Origin: Octopus bimaculoides
Lineage: Eukaryota
Assembly: GCF_001194135.2 (NCBI RefSeq)
Contig: NC_068994.1
Location: 9,409,414 to 9,456,568 of the forward strand
Direction of reading: 5' to 3'
DNA length: 47,155 bases
Made by a program: the position numbers and the translations under genes. The notes beneath the pieces were generated by a model. That model was not told the DNA's origin, did not search any database, and saw only the letters and a program-made list of their open reading frames with translations. Positions 13,352-26,808 of the stretch are shown here, piece after piece (position 1 is the stretch's first letter; each line of letters starts with the position of its first letter).

Positions 13352-14584
13352 ATGTGTGTGTGTCTGTGTGTCTCTGTGTGTATACATGTGTACATATGTA
13401 TATACGCATATGTATATTTGAGAGTGTGTGTGCATAAAAATTTGCTTCCAGGAAACATGCCAGAACCATTTATCTAACTTCGTAATACCTTCAGGAAGAC
13501 AGAATTAATAGTACGTCTTTACCGAATGACTTGAAGGATAAACGAAAAGAAAAAATATATATATATTTGGAAAATCATAAAAAAATGTCACATTGCATGG
13601 TTAATTTACTTTAGTGGTTTATCCAAGGTACATCTTAGTGTTTTACATGCGATTTTTCCATCCTCCTTCTCCTCTTCTTGTTTAAACTCCCAGACTGTAT
13701 TTAATGGAAAGGTTTCACTAAGCTAAACAGCATAAACAGCATGCGCTTTCCTACCTTAATGTGCGCTTACACACACACACACTTCCACACGCACACGTCC
13801 ACACATATGCATATATATGTATATATATACACGCTTGTGTGTAGTTGTATGTATATATACAACATCAGTTTTTGTGTGAGCGTATGTGTATTTACGTTTA
13901 TGTTTGTATTCCTGAGTTTGTGTGTCCTTGCATCTTTTTATCAAAGTATATACACACGCATTCAAGTAAGAATGCATATAAGTACGCAGCACCCACACGC
14001 TGGAAGTGATATATATATATATATATATATATACAAGAATAAGGGCAGGGAATCGTCAATTAATAATAGAATTAATAATTAACAATTTTGCCAAGTAGTT
14101 CAGTATGAAAAAACCTTTATCGGTAAAACCATTTATCATCATAAATATACAGGGATTAGCATTGAGTTGCTTCTCCAACATACTAAAGACTTGTTTTGTT
14201 TACGCTTTTCCCTCCGGTTTTTTTGTTCTATGTGTGCCATAAATATCGCCATCCGTTTAGAGAAAAATTTGTAGTTTAGAATCAGTAGTTCTTTGACTGC
14301 TATTTCTAAATTTTCAGTATGNNNNNNNNNNNNNNNNNNNNNNNNNNNNNNNNNNNNNNNNNNNNNNNNNNNNNNNNNNNNNNNNNNNNNNNNNNNNNNN
14401 NNNNNNNNNNNNNNNNNNNNNNNNNNNNNNNNNNNNNNNNNNNNNNNNNNNNNNNNNNNNNNNNNNNNNNNNNNNNNNNNNNNNNNNNNNNNNNNNNNNN
14501 NNNNNNNNNNNNNNNNNNNNNNNNNNNNNNNNNNNNNNNNNNNNNNNNNNNNNNNNNNNNNNNNNNNNNNNNNNNNNNNNNNNN

Positions 14585-14645
<61 letters not shown>

Positions 14646-16573
14646 TAAGAAGCAAATAAATCCGAGACTAAGAAAATGAGATGAGTATAAATAAAAAATC
14701 AAATAGGGGAGTTTTCGAAGACAAAAAAAAAACAATCAAAATATAACAGACATAGAGAAATAAAAACTAAACATAACAAAACAGTATGTGTGAAATATAA
14801 TCATACAGAACTCCAGATTAATATATATTGAGGAATATATAGGTTCATAAGTGTTGTTTAGCTGTACGGAATAACTTTTCTTTTAGATGTAGCTGGCGTT
14901 TCAACGATGCATTCTATATTACCTTATGCATATTTATTCACATATCCACCTATACAAAAACATCGATATACAAGTATTTACATACTCATAGATGCACATA
15001 ATACGGACATGTATATATGGGTCATATCGTCACCTACTTTTCTTACGTATATACATCAATACATATATATATATACATATATATATATATANNNNNNNNN
15101 NNNNNNNNNNNNNNNNNNNNNNNNNNNNNNNNNNNNNNNNNNNNNNNNNNNNNNNNNNNNNNNNNNNNNNNNNNNNNNNNNNNNNNNNNNNNNNNNNNNN
15201 NNNNNNNNNNNNNNNNNNNNNNNNNNNNNNNNNNNNNNNNNNNNNNNNNNNNNNNNNNNNNNNNNNNNNNNNNNNNNNNNNNNNNNNNNNNNNNNNNNNN
15301 NNNNNNNNNNNNNNNNNNNNNNNNNNNNNNNNNNNNNNNNNNNNNNNNNNNNNNNNNNNNNNNNNNNNNNNNNNNNNNNNNNNNNNNNNNNNNNNNNNNN
15401 NNNNNNNNNNNNNNNNNNNNNNNNNNNNNNNNNNNNNNNNNNNNNNNNNNNNNNNNNNNNNNNNNNNNNNNNNNNNNNNNNNNNNNNNNNNNNNNNNNNN
15501 NNNNNNNNNNNNNNNNNNNNNNNNNNNNNNNNNNNNNNNNNNNNNNNNNNNNNNNNNNNNNNNNNNNNNNNNNNNNNNNNNNNNNNNNNNNNNNNNNNNN
15601 NNNNNNNNNNNNNNNNNNNNNNNNNNNNNNNNNNNNNNNNNNNNNNNNNNNNNNNNNNNNNNNNNNNNNNNNNNNNNNNNNNNNNNNNNNNNNNNNNNNN
15701 NNNNNNNNNNNNNNNNNNNNNNNNNNNNNNNNNNNNNNNNNNNNNNNNNNNNNNNNNNNNNNNNNNNNNNNNNNNNNNNNNNNNNNNNNNNNNNNNNNNN
15801 NNNNNNNNNNNNNNNNNNNNNNNNNNNNNNNNNNNNNNNNNNNNNNNNNNNNNNNNNNNNNNNNNNNNNNNNNNNNNNNNNNNNNNNNNNNNNNNNNNNN
15901 NNNNNNNNNNNNNNNNATTTATATCATTTATACTATTCCTATGACCGATAAAGGATTATATTAAATTGTGCATTGTGTATACTTATTCATTTAGTTTATT
16001 TACTAGTTCCTATATTGAGGCCACGCAGCAGACTATAATTCGAGTGTTTAGCGGAGCATGTTAACTCCAGTTTATGTTCAATGTTACGACATATTTTATC
16101 AAGGCGTATTTCTTCCACCATTGCTATGGTATATCTTCATTATGTATACTACATAACTGTAAGCACATCCTTAAAAACGTTTGCACGCACACACATAGAT
16201 ACACGCTCACCAACACTCTTTCTAGAACGCGCAAATACATATACATACACGCGCACGCACGCACGTACGCATGCACACACACACGCAAAATTTTACTTTC
16301 GGTATTAATCAACACAATTCTCTAGAAGGTATTTGGGGAAGTTCGTACTCAGTAGAATATGATTAGGAAGCGAAACTTTTTAACTATGACGTTATGCATG
16401 AACCTATATTTCTGATATGACACGTGGGATGCTGTTAGCTCAATAAACGTAGACCAAAGACCTACTAAAATTTTTTTCTCAAAACTTAAATTTCACAGAC
16501 ACAAATGAGGACCACAGAAAGTATTACACATATATATTATTGTTTGTTAAAAGAATATTTCGTAAAAAAATCC

Positions 16574-16784
<211 letters not shown>

Positions 16785-17294
16785 TCTTATTAGAGTAATT
16801 GTTGATGTTCTTCTGAAATTTATTTATATTAGTTTACTACACTTTGGGTAAAAATTTATAATGAAATATTGATATCCAATAAAACCATTCTCACAAATGT
16901 TAATGCATGAAAACAAAATGAAATATGCAATAATATCTTGGATCAATCTCAAGTTAATACCCTCAACGAAATATTTGTATAAATAATTTACTCTAAAAAA
17001 GCTGCAGCGAAGTATTATAAGCTTATGCAGGGACAATTACACGTATTCGGTATTACGTACAGGAGGTGAAAACACTCATAAAGCGAAAGGAAACGATTAG
17101 TTGTGTCACTACGATAAACACATTATTTTTATGTGTAAATTATATTCATGTAGTCGTATCTATAAGTTTATATGTAGTCGTATGACATTATTCAATGTCA
17201 TACAAGCAGGTAAATCTTATATACATACATACATATCTATCTGTATCTTTCTCATTCTCTCTGTTTCTCTCTCTCTCTCACCCTCACTTCCCCC

Positions 17295-17340
<46 letters not shown>

Positions 17341-17439
17341 TTATGTGTGTGTGTAAAAGAGTGTGTATGCATATTCCCTAGCTGTATTTATACATTCTTA
17401 ATGATTTATCTACAAAAAACATGAGATTGATAGATAAGC

Positions 17440-17505
<66 letters not shown>

Positions 17506-18259
17506 TGAGATGTGTGCGTGTGTGTATTTCTGTAAGTGTGTTCTGTGTGTGTGTTTATGTGTTTATTCGACCTGTTACTTAGATAGGAAACGAAGCTCTA
17601 GGGCTATTGGATAAATGATGCTATTACCATTATCCAAATCATTTTAATATCATCTACACTCTACTTATTCCACTAATGCGTTGGGAAAGGTTATGAACTT
17701 CATAAAATCACGATAGGCAATTTCGTAGACGAAAGAGACAGAAAAAAAATACTCCACTGAAAGTCATTTTCTCTTCCAGAGACATTGCCATAGCTTCATG
17801 GAAATATATACGAAAAAAAGAAAAAAAATAGATGCTTGCAAAAGAAATAATCCCTAAGTGAGGAAGAAGCAGATAAATGCGTTTTGGGGGATGTGTGTGG
17901 TATTAATATTTGATTTATGCTTACCATTGTACAGTTACGTTGTTTTTTCTTAGTTATATGCAGAGAAGAAAAATGACCTGGGTATAATTAATGCTCAGCT
18001 GAAAATACAGTACGGCGCCATGTGAAGATTCGTAAGAATACTTGTAAAATCTATTCGTGACGTGCACGTGGAACTTCGAAAACGATGGATCGACTATTCG
18101 TTCGCGATTGTATAATTTAAACGTTCCTTTTTTGCCTGCGACATGCAAGTTTGTATAAGCGTTCAGTTATCCTACGCTTCAACATACCGACACATTCCGT
18201 GTGATACAGTAAGACACACTCACGTACGGAAACACAAGTATCCGTTAGTGTGTGTGTGC

Positions 18260-18304
<45 letters not shown>

Positions 18305-18305
<1 letters not shown>

Positions 18306-18668
18306 GCCAGCCTAATTTAATTCGTGCTTAGTCGAAAGACATCTGTTGTTATGTCCTGCTATTATTTTTATTGTATTTGTGTAACATCGTCGGTTTTTTT
18401 TCCGTCCATCTTTTGTATTCATTCGCTGATTTCTTCCACGGAATCCAATGCTCTTAGCTTAGTTTTCCCTTGGGACTGGCCAGATTGGAGCAATCTCAAG
18501 TATAATCAGCCGTAATTGCGAAAATAATCTTGTACTGGACTGAGGAAATAAAACTTTGAATGACCCATCCTTGTTTTGTTTGTATCGTCGATCTGGGTGT
18601 TTTGTTGTCCCATTTTTGTATCATCTAACTGTTCGGATGATTTGCGTTCTTGTTCCAACTTGTATTTT
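18305..18668. mobile_element. Unclassified interspersed repeat, family C (longer copy)
   Basis: The reverse complement of 18520-18668 (ATAAAATACAAG..AAAACAAGGATGGGTCATTCAAAGTTTTATTTCCTCAGTCCAGT) aligns to 40599-40709. The extent toward 18305 is recalled from octopus repeats and cannot be confirmed within the window. Confidence 0.65.
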
Positions 18669-18719
18669 ATGTATATACATATAAACGAGCGGGTACTGAC
18701 AAGGTTTTGACTTTAGGTG

Positions 18720-19870
18720 AAACATAATACCCTCTCAGATTCACATAATTATTTGGATCATATTTCCCCATATAATGGAACAGCTCGTTGCATTGTAGAA
18801 GAAACTATTGCGTTTTAAATTGATTCTGGCAGTCAAGAAAGTGTAAAGGCTCTATTATGTGATGGCACTGAGTAAACACTCGTCATTTAGGAGGGGTAAT
18901 TAAGATAATTGAATTATACTTAAATAAACAACTTCGGCGGATGATATGCCTGATACATACAGATGAGCTTCCGTTTCGACATGTATTTGAAACAATAGAT
19001 GGTAAAACAACACGACCACGAACATCAAAATGGTTAATTGACAATAAAATTAAAGAGGTAATGAACTTAAAAATAATGAAATTTTCTCCTGTAAAAACTA
19101 AATTGCGCTATTAAAAGTCTTAGGCTCAGATGAAAAATATCCGCATGAAATGTGTCTCACCAATGAGACTTGGTTTGTTTCTGAGAAATTAACAGCAAGA
19201 ACACCTGGTAAAATCTATCATGCAAGGTGGGTAACAGGTGCAAACAGAATTCTTCGCATATATGTTTCGGAAAAAAATCCCCTAAAGAATATTATCGATC
19301 TTGTTAAAATGATAACGCAGGTTTATGCTCCAAGCTGGTTTTGGATTAAATCTCACCCAAAGTTAAATGAAGGAGCTAATCATTTTTGGTATATGGCACA
19401 TCTAATGCAAGATATGAACCAAGCTCATAAAGAAGTTATGGAAAAATTGTTAAAAATTAATTCGCATTTTGCCGATCCGGTGAATATTTTACTGATTATG
19501 ACGAATGATAGAAGAAGACAAATTAGGGAAGTGGTAATTCAACAAATTATTAAAGCGAAAAACGTCTCCCCGAATGCCCTGTGAAGAATTAAGAAATTTC
19601 AAACTACTAAACAAAATTAATTTTGAAGCACAGCATTTATGTTGATTTGATTAACTGGGAAAATGAAGTTATAACATCCCCTCCAGTTTTACGGAAGCTT
19701 TACAAATGTTGGTATTCTTAAAGCTCATTTAGGACCATTAACAGCAATACTTCTTCCCTGATGCTATCAGTTCAGTGACAAAAGCTTCTGTCGTCAGAAT
19801 AGGCTACGAAAATAGGCACAAATTCGTATTAGATGCAAAGAAATGAAGATACTTCAAATAGTAAATACTA
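18720..19870 (+). pseudogene. Decayed DDE DNA transposase, hAT-related (hATm-like group)
   Basis: Across frameshifts and stops it reads YLDHISPYNGTARCI..KALLCDGT/VNTRHLGGVIKIIELYLNKQLRRMICLIHTDELPFRHVFETIDGKTT..LGSDEKYPHEMCL..ARTPGKIYHARWVTGANRILRIYVS..VYAPSWFWIK..NSHFADPVNILLIM..INFEA..YVDLINWENEVITSPP..VTKAS..GYENRHKF. It includes a DGT..NT catalytic-Asp motif and the CxxH motif of hAT/P/MULE-type transposases. It contains ORF 19150-19584. Confidence 0.8.
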
Positions 19871-22800
19871 CTAATACGTCTGTCATGGCGTTCGCTGTTC
19901 ATGCATTTCGTTCATTGCATATCATAATAGTCATGAAGAATTTACATTGTTTATATATATATGAAAAGTTATATAGGTGATATTTAACCAGTACAAATTT
20001 AATAGCATTAAAACAAGTTCCTTAAACCAGTTCCTTAAATTTTCTATATTCTAAAGACAGAATTAAGGGAAAGTGTATATGCGAGGGTTAGGGGTCGAGT
20101 ACTTTTTAAAAATTGTTAATTTATGTGTCGAACCAGAATGAATACCAACAAATGTGTAGAATCAAAATATAAGATTTCGACCACCATTATATATGTATTA
20201 TGTATGCATGTGCACGCGCTCGCGTATGTGTTGGGGGTACATACGAACATCTCGGGCTTGCAATGATAGAGCAATGAAGTACAGTGATTTTAAATTGTAT
20301 TGTAAAGATTCAAGCTTCGTTTCAATCCTAGGCGATAACTTTTTGCTTAATAATTGTTTTTTAGCACACATATTTGTGATTATGTTTCACATTTTGTCAC
20401 CAAACATAATTATTATTTAAAATTTTATGATCAGCGATGAATTATGTTTAATCGTTAAGTATTTCCTTTTAATTAATCATAAAATATTTATTAATATTTT
20501 AGTTATCTCTTAATTAGTAATTCAATCTGCAATACGTTTTAATGCCTCGTTAAAAATTCTCTTTTCAATTATTCAATGCAGCACTTTCGTATTATAAGAT
20601 TCCAACAGCTGGTTGATCAATCATTTGTCAATCTACTCATTCACAATGTAATTCTTTCTCCTTCATTTTCTTCTCCCCCTCTTCCTTCTCCTTCTTTTTC
20701 TTCTCCTTCTCCTTCTTTTTCTTCTCCTTCTCCTTCTTCATTCTTTTTTAATTGTCCATCTTCCACGTCAATATTGCTTAACTGACAATGTCAAAGCCTT
20801 TCTTTCGTATATTTAATCTTGCATACCTACTCATATGAAAAGGAAACTGAGCGACAGCATCTTGCCAAAATAGCCAAAATATTTAAACGGAGGAAAGAAC
20901 ATTGATTGCAAAACACTAAATATTATCCAGATAATATATTAGCGAATGGANNNNNNNNNNNNNNNNNNNNNNNNNNNNNNNNNNNNNNNNNNNNNNNNNN
21001 NNNNNNNNNNNNNNNNNNNNNNNNNNNNNNNNNNNNNNNNNNNNNNNNNNNNNNNNNNNNNNNNNNNNNNNNNNNNNNNNNNNNNNNNNNNNNNNNNNNN
21101 NNNNNNNNNNNNNNNNNNNNNNNNNNNNNNNNNNNNNNNNNNNNNNNNNNNNNNNNNNNNNNNNNNNNNNNNNNNNNNNNNNNNNNNNNNNNNNNNNNNN
21201 NNNNNNNNNNNNNNNNNNNNNNNNNNNNNNNNNNNNNNNNNNNNNNNNNNNNNNNNNNNNNNNNNNNNNNNNNNNNNNNNNNNNNNNNNNNNNNNNNNNN
21301 NNNNNNNNNNNNNNNNNNNNNNNNNNNNNNNNNNNNNNNNNNNNNNNNNNNNNNNNNNNNNNNNNNNNNNNNNNNNNNNNNNNNNNNNNNNNNNNNNNNN
21401 NNNNNNNNNNNNNNNNNNNNNNNNNNNNNNNNNNNNNNNNNNNNNNNNNNNNTATATATATATATATATATATATATATTGATTTGAAAAACAATTTCTG
21501 GGGTTCATACGCTGACGGCAGTGCTCTACCACGGTTGCAGTCTCGTGACAGAGACCATCAAGAGACCTAAGATAAAATATCCTCGCTACTCCGTTATAAG
21601 CATGTCCAAACAGCACTATCCGAAAACAAGTCATTTTTTACCTTGCCTATGTTACAATGTTGCGTTTTACACAGTGCATATAATAAACCTTTATCGCACA
21701 CCCCACAATATCTCTTTTCGGGTTTACTGCCATATACAGAAATGCTCTTAGTCAATAACCTTGCGCCATCTTGCACTCATTTTCGGTATTTTCTTGTATC
21801 GAAGAAACGATACATGGCTATTATCCCCAGACGAAACTAGTTCGATCGTTTTTCATTTCAAATTAACGAAAATATCGTGAATAAGAACGGCACGCATTTA
21901 CACACCAAGAATTATGACGGCCAGTAGTTATGATAAATAAACTTCAACAGGGATCACGAATGGGAACAAGACTTGTACCACAATGTAACCTATTTTTTAA
22001 AAATTCATTTGAACGATAACTATTATACTGTATTATGAACATAATCTTTCGAGTCTATATCTTAAACACTATACAGTATAGCTTAAACAGTGCTATAACA
22101 TATTGCATAGATAACATCATGAAAATTTCATTTACCAACATTATATACGGTATCAGCTGAGAACAATGTGTAAATATGGCCATGAAAGACACGGGGGAAA
22201 ACTCCAGAATATCAGCTTATTCAATGAATTAGTAACTGTATGCTGTGAAATGAGAGATTAGCAGTAGTATGGAATTCGTTAAGGTGTTTAGTGAGGTAGT
22301 GTATAGAAGGATCGCTTCGTAACTGTCAATGGTTTTTCCATAAAAATTAAGAGAGGCTTGTCATATCAATAGCAATATATATGTCAGAATATCGGTATAG
22401 CATTAATTAAATTCTCCCGCTTCTGATTTGCGACTGTCCGTTCCTAATTAATGGCCGTTTCAATTATTTTTCTCTCTTAAGCTGCAAATTTTATTTAAAG
22501 GGAGTTCCGTTTCATAGGAGACATCAAACGTATTTACTATATTATCAGATAGAAATACAAGTGGTTTACAGTATGCTTTCTTCAGCCGATATACTGTTTC
22601 ATCCAAGATTAACGTATGGTACTCATTTCTAAATGAAGAACAAATAACTGGAATGAGAACGAGTCATAACTTAATAGGGCGAATATTTGCTAGAAATGGA
22701 AAGGAAATCACCTCTAAACTAGTACTTGGTACGCAAATTTGTACCAATAAACAAAAATATAACCGGTAAAGTGATTGTAAATATGATAAAACAAAGGGCA

Positions 22801-23887
22801 GTACACGTTCGCACGTTAGTTAACTCATCAATATCTCAGCCAGGCCTATCAATATATAAACGTATCGAATCTTGAGATAAATTTTAAATGCAAAGATTTA
22901 TAGGTGTTGAACGGCCCCTTTTCATTTCAGCTATAATTTCCGGCAACAAGTTATACGGAATCCTGTTTTTGATCGACAGGAAACTATTCAGGAAATTAAT
23001 GGTAGTATTCTGTTGAATGGAAAAATTACACCTCCGAGTGATATGAAAATATAATATTATTGGCTTAAAAAATATGGAGTGACAACTTATTTCAAAAAGT
23101 CTAATAGTGCAATTCTGTTCTTCCAATCCAACGAGAATTTAATTTGCTTCATGAGGTTTCAAAATGGTTAGGAGAAAAAAAATCCTATAAAAAACATGAT
23201 GAATACTGATGCAGTCGTAATTGATTGACAGAAAAAGCAATAGTGTGTTACTGCAACACCCATTACTTTTCCCTAAAATTTACTGCTAATATATCTGCCG
23301 CAGTACTACTGTTTGCAACACTGTTTGCGGCAATTCTTTTAAAAAATAAAAGTGAGTCAATAAACTACTATTTAAAAAATACAAAGCTAGATGCTGAAGG
23401 GGTTAATATATCTATTGCATTCTAATGAATGAAATTCTCCGATCCATACTTTTAATTCGTCTCGAAATTAGCATCTTTATTTCACTAGTGCCTTTTTAAT
23501 ACGAAACGAAGTATATCTTGTGGCTACATCTTGGAGATATACAATATTAGGTCTAGCTTAATTAAATTATTCAANNNNNNNNNNNNNNNNNNNNNNNNNN
23601 NNNNNNNNNNNNNNNNNNNNNNNNNNNNNNNNNNNNNNNNNNNNNNNNNNNNNNNNNNNNNNNNNNNNNNNNNNNNNNNNNNNNNNNNNNNNNNNNNNNN
23701 NNNNNNNNNNNNNNNNNNNNNNNNNNNNNNNNNNNNNNNNNNNNNNNNNNNNNNNNNNNNNNNNNNNNNNNNNNNNNNNNNNNNNNNNNNNNNNNNNNNN
23801 NNNNNNNNNNNNNNNNNNNNNNNNNNNNNNNNNNNNNNNNNNNNNNNNNNNNNNNNNNNNNNNNNNNNNNNNNNNNNNNNNNNNNNN

Positions 23888-23922
<35 letters not shown>

Positions 23923-24321
23923 TGTGTGTGTGCGTGTATGCGTTCGTCTAAAACAATGTTTTAACTGATTTAAACTTCTTTAAACAAACAATAACTCGCC
24001 CTAAGACGTATTTCTATAACATTCATAAATTCTTAATATTTCAAACAATAAAAGCAGTCGTTTATATTGCCACTCAGCAAGTTTAGGTAGTAAACAAATA
24101 TATTTAATTAGTTAAATTTTGTAACGGAAATTCCTTCGTAGGAGATATAACGAAAACTTAAAGGTAGATGTATACTCGTTTTTCTATATATGTGTATCAC
24201 TATATAACATGTCTGTATATACAAATATACATATACATATGAATATAAATATATGTGTATTTGTATGTGTAAACACGATTGTATATATAAATATATATGT
24301 ATTCATATATATATATATGTA

Positions 24322-24392
<71 letters not shown>

Positions 24393-24754
24393 ACATACAT
24401 GTATATGAACACACACTCATACATATATATGCATACACACATACATACTTACATACACGTGCATACACAAGCACACAGGAAAAGACAAATGGGAACGTAG
24501 CTCCAATAACGTAGAAATTCAGCATCCATTGACGAGGTTGCTAAAGCAATGTTCTAAGAAAAGCAATAAATGAGTGGACAGTGAACCGGTGATGTGTTAT
24601 ATGATAAGGCATTAAGACAATATGGCTCTCCCCAAACACGAAACATTCTTCTTGCACACACGAATTCACATAAACAATCTTGCAAACCCGATACAAAATC
24701 TAAGTAATTATATATATACATATATATATATATATATACATGTGTGTGTCTGTG

Positions 24755-24796
<42 letters not shown>

Positions 24797-25475
24797 CATA
24801 TGATGATATCTCCACAATGTGTTGATGATGAGAAAAACATGTAGTAATCGCTACCAATATAGCAAGATATTTCTCCGCAAAAAGTCTAAAGTAGACTCCT
24901 TGAGGATCATACTCCTTGGTTATATATCCAAAATTTTAAATTTAAAAGAGAGTTTTGACGCTGATATCCATTATTATTGAAATTTATTCCTATGTCAACA
25001 TTTCTGTATAAGGCTATATATTTAACTGTAAATTCAGCTTATTTAAATATTTTATTAATCACTAATTAAATAATATTTATAAATGTGCTCTACCAAACAT
25101 ATATATTTTAAATTATGTCAGGAAGGTACGCATGCTGTTCACAAAAATGAATCAGGAAACAAAATATTTGTCGTGCAATTCCATGTGTGGAGAATATACG
25201 CATGTTTTAATGCATTAATCTCTGAATTATTCATATATTCCAAGTAATTAAGACAAATTCCTCGCAGTAGTAAATAGAATTTTCGATTGCGTTTCCATCT
25301 AAATGATGGAAACGCAATATGTCTTTTTTGTTTGTATTTATTACGCGCCACGCATGTAACTCTAGAATTACAGCATTCATACCGATTCCTATCGGTAGCA
25401 ATTTTCTAGAATTTCGCACTCCCTATACAAATCAGGTTCACAAGTCATAAATACACTTCAACATTAAATCTCTTG

Positions 25476-25592
25476 TGCTCAACAGGCCCTAGTGTATGTC
25501 AAATTAAATAAACGCAAATTAAGGAAGAAATAGATCCTATCACCTTCAAACGATTTCTGGACGAATTTCTTCGAGGAATACCATATCAATGA
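25476..25592 (+). pseudogene. C-terminal ORF2 remnant of a CR1-group non-LTR retrotransposon
   Basis: Translation CSTGPSVCQIK*TQIKEEIDPITFKRFLDEFLRGIPYQ* follows the CR1-group terminal pattern GP.LFN..P..IK......FK..LD.FL..IPD. The match is short. Confidence 0.5.
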
Positions 25593-26765
25593 AGAAAATC
25601 TCCCTACTTGAATGACGTCTGGTACCACAAAACCGGATTTAAAATTGGTTGTGTTACAAAGTTTTAAATTGGTTGTGTTACAAAGGCCGATTTTTTGTCG
25701 AAGCATATCAGAGTTTATTTAAGTATAATTCTTAATTGCCAGAGATTTAACTATCGTAGCTTTTGATATTTCGGAATAAATCATAGCTGATCAGCACGGA
25801 AAATGATATCTCAACCGTGTTCATTTGTGTATTCGAAATTTATTCTAACAATACATTGTGCATTGTGGTATTTATATTACCAAGTAAATAATGATATGTG
25901 TCAAATGTTACTGCTTTTCTACAAATCTAATTACAACCTTCCCGGATGCATGCCACAACGATGTCTTGACCATACAATTATAAATGGTCAAAATAACTGA
26001 GGGTGGAAAAATATAGTATTCTTGGTATACCATACATTGATCCCAATGAAAAGCAACGGCCTGTCTTCACTGAATGTTTGGCATTGAATTCCTGGACACC
26101 ACTATTTGCAGAAAGTGTACGAGTTTGTAAGGCACGCAAATCAATGCAACTTTGATGACAGACTTTCAAATAGTGACTATCCATTTTTATTGAAAGAGAT
26201 TGTATCAGATGCATGTAAACCAATATGGTTGTTTTCAAAAGATTTTACTTATGGAGGTGAAGTCTTGCTAGTAATTCAAGCTGGGCGAATGATCACAAGG
26301 AAACTAGTTATTTGATTCGACGTGTCAAAAATGTTCTTCTATGTTAATGACCATTTCTTACAAAAATAGAGCCACAACAACAGTGAAGGCATTAACAGTT
26401 AATGCTACCATTCGATTTATGAATATAATTAAAGGACTATTCAAAGATTGGAAATGACATAATAGGAATTCGTAAATCCAGCCCAAGGCTTGAGCGGTAT
26501 TGTTTAAATATAATATGAAATGGCATTCTACTGATATGAAGTTTGGAATACCCGCTGGTAATAACTCATCAATTACTTAAATATAAAGATGAAAGCGTTG
26601 TCTTAATATAAGAAACGAGTGACATGGATGGTTGCAGTAAATATTCTCTCAATAGTGTCGGCAATACAATGGAGAATCTAATGTTGTCTCTGAATTCATT
26701 ATATTATTGAACGTTACAATTTACATGGATTTACACACACTAGCAATGCATAAATATACAAAGGC

Positions 26766-26808
<43 letters not shown>

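Noticed and set aside
25638-25685. 24-bp tandem duplication (TTTAAA(A)TTGGTTGTGTTACAAAG x2)
   Set aside because: An ordinary local slippage duplication.
26020-26315. ORF 26106-26315 and an upstream frame loosely resembling a hAT BED finger or an exon
   Set aside because: The Cys/His pattern is incomplete, the donor site is weak and no motif was recognised.
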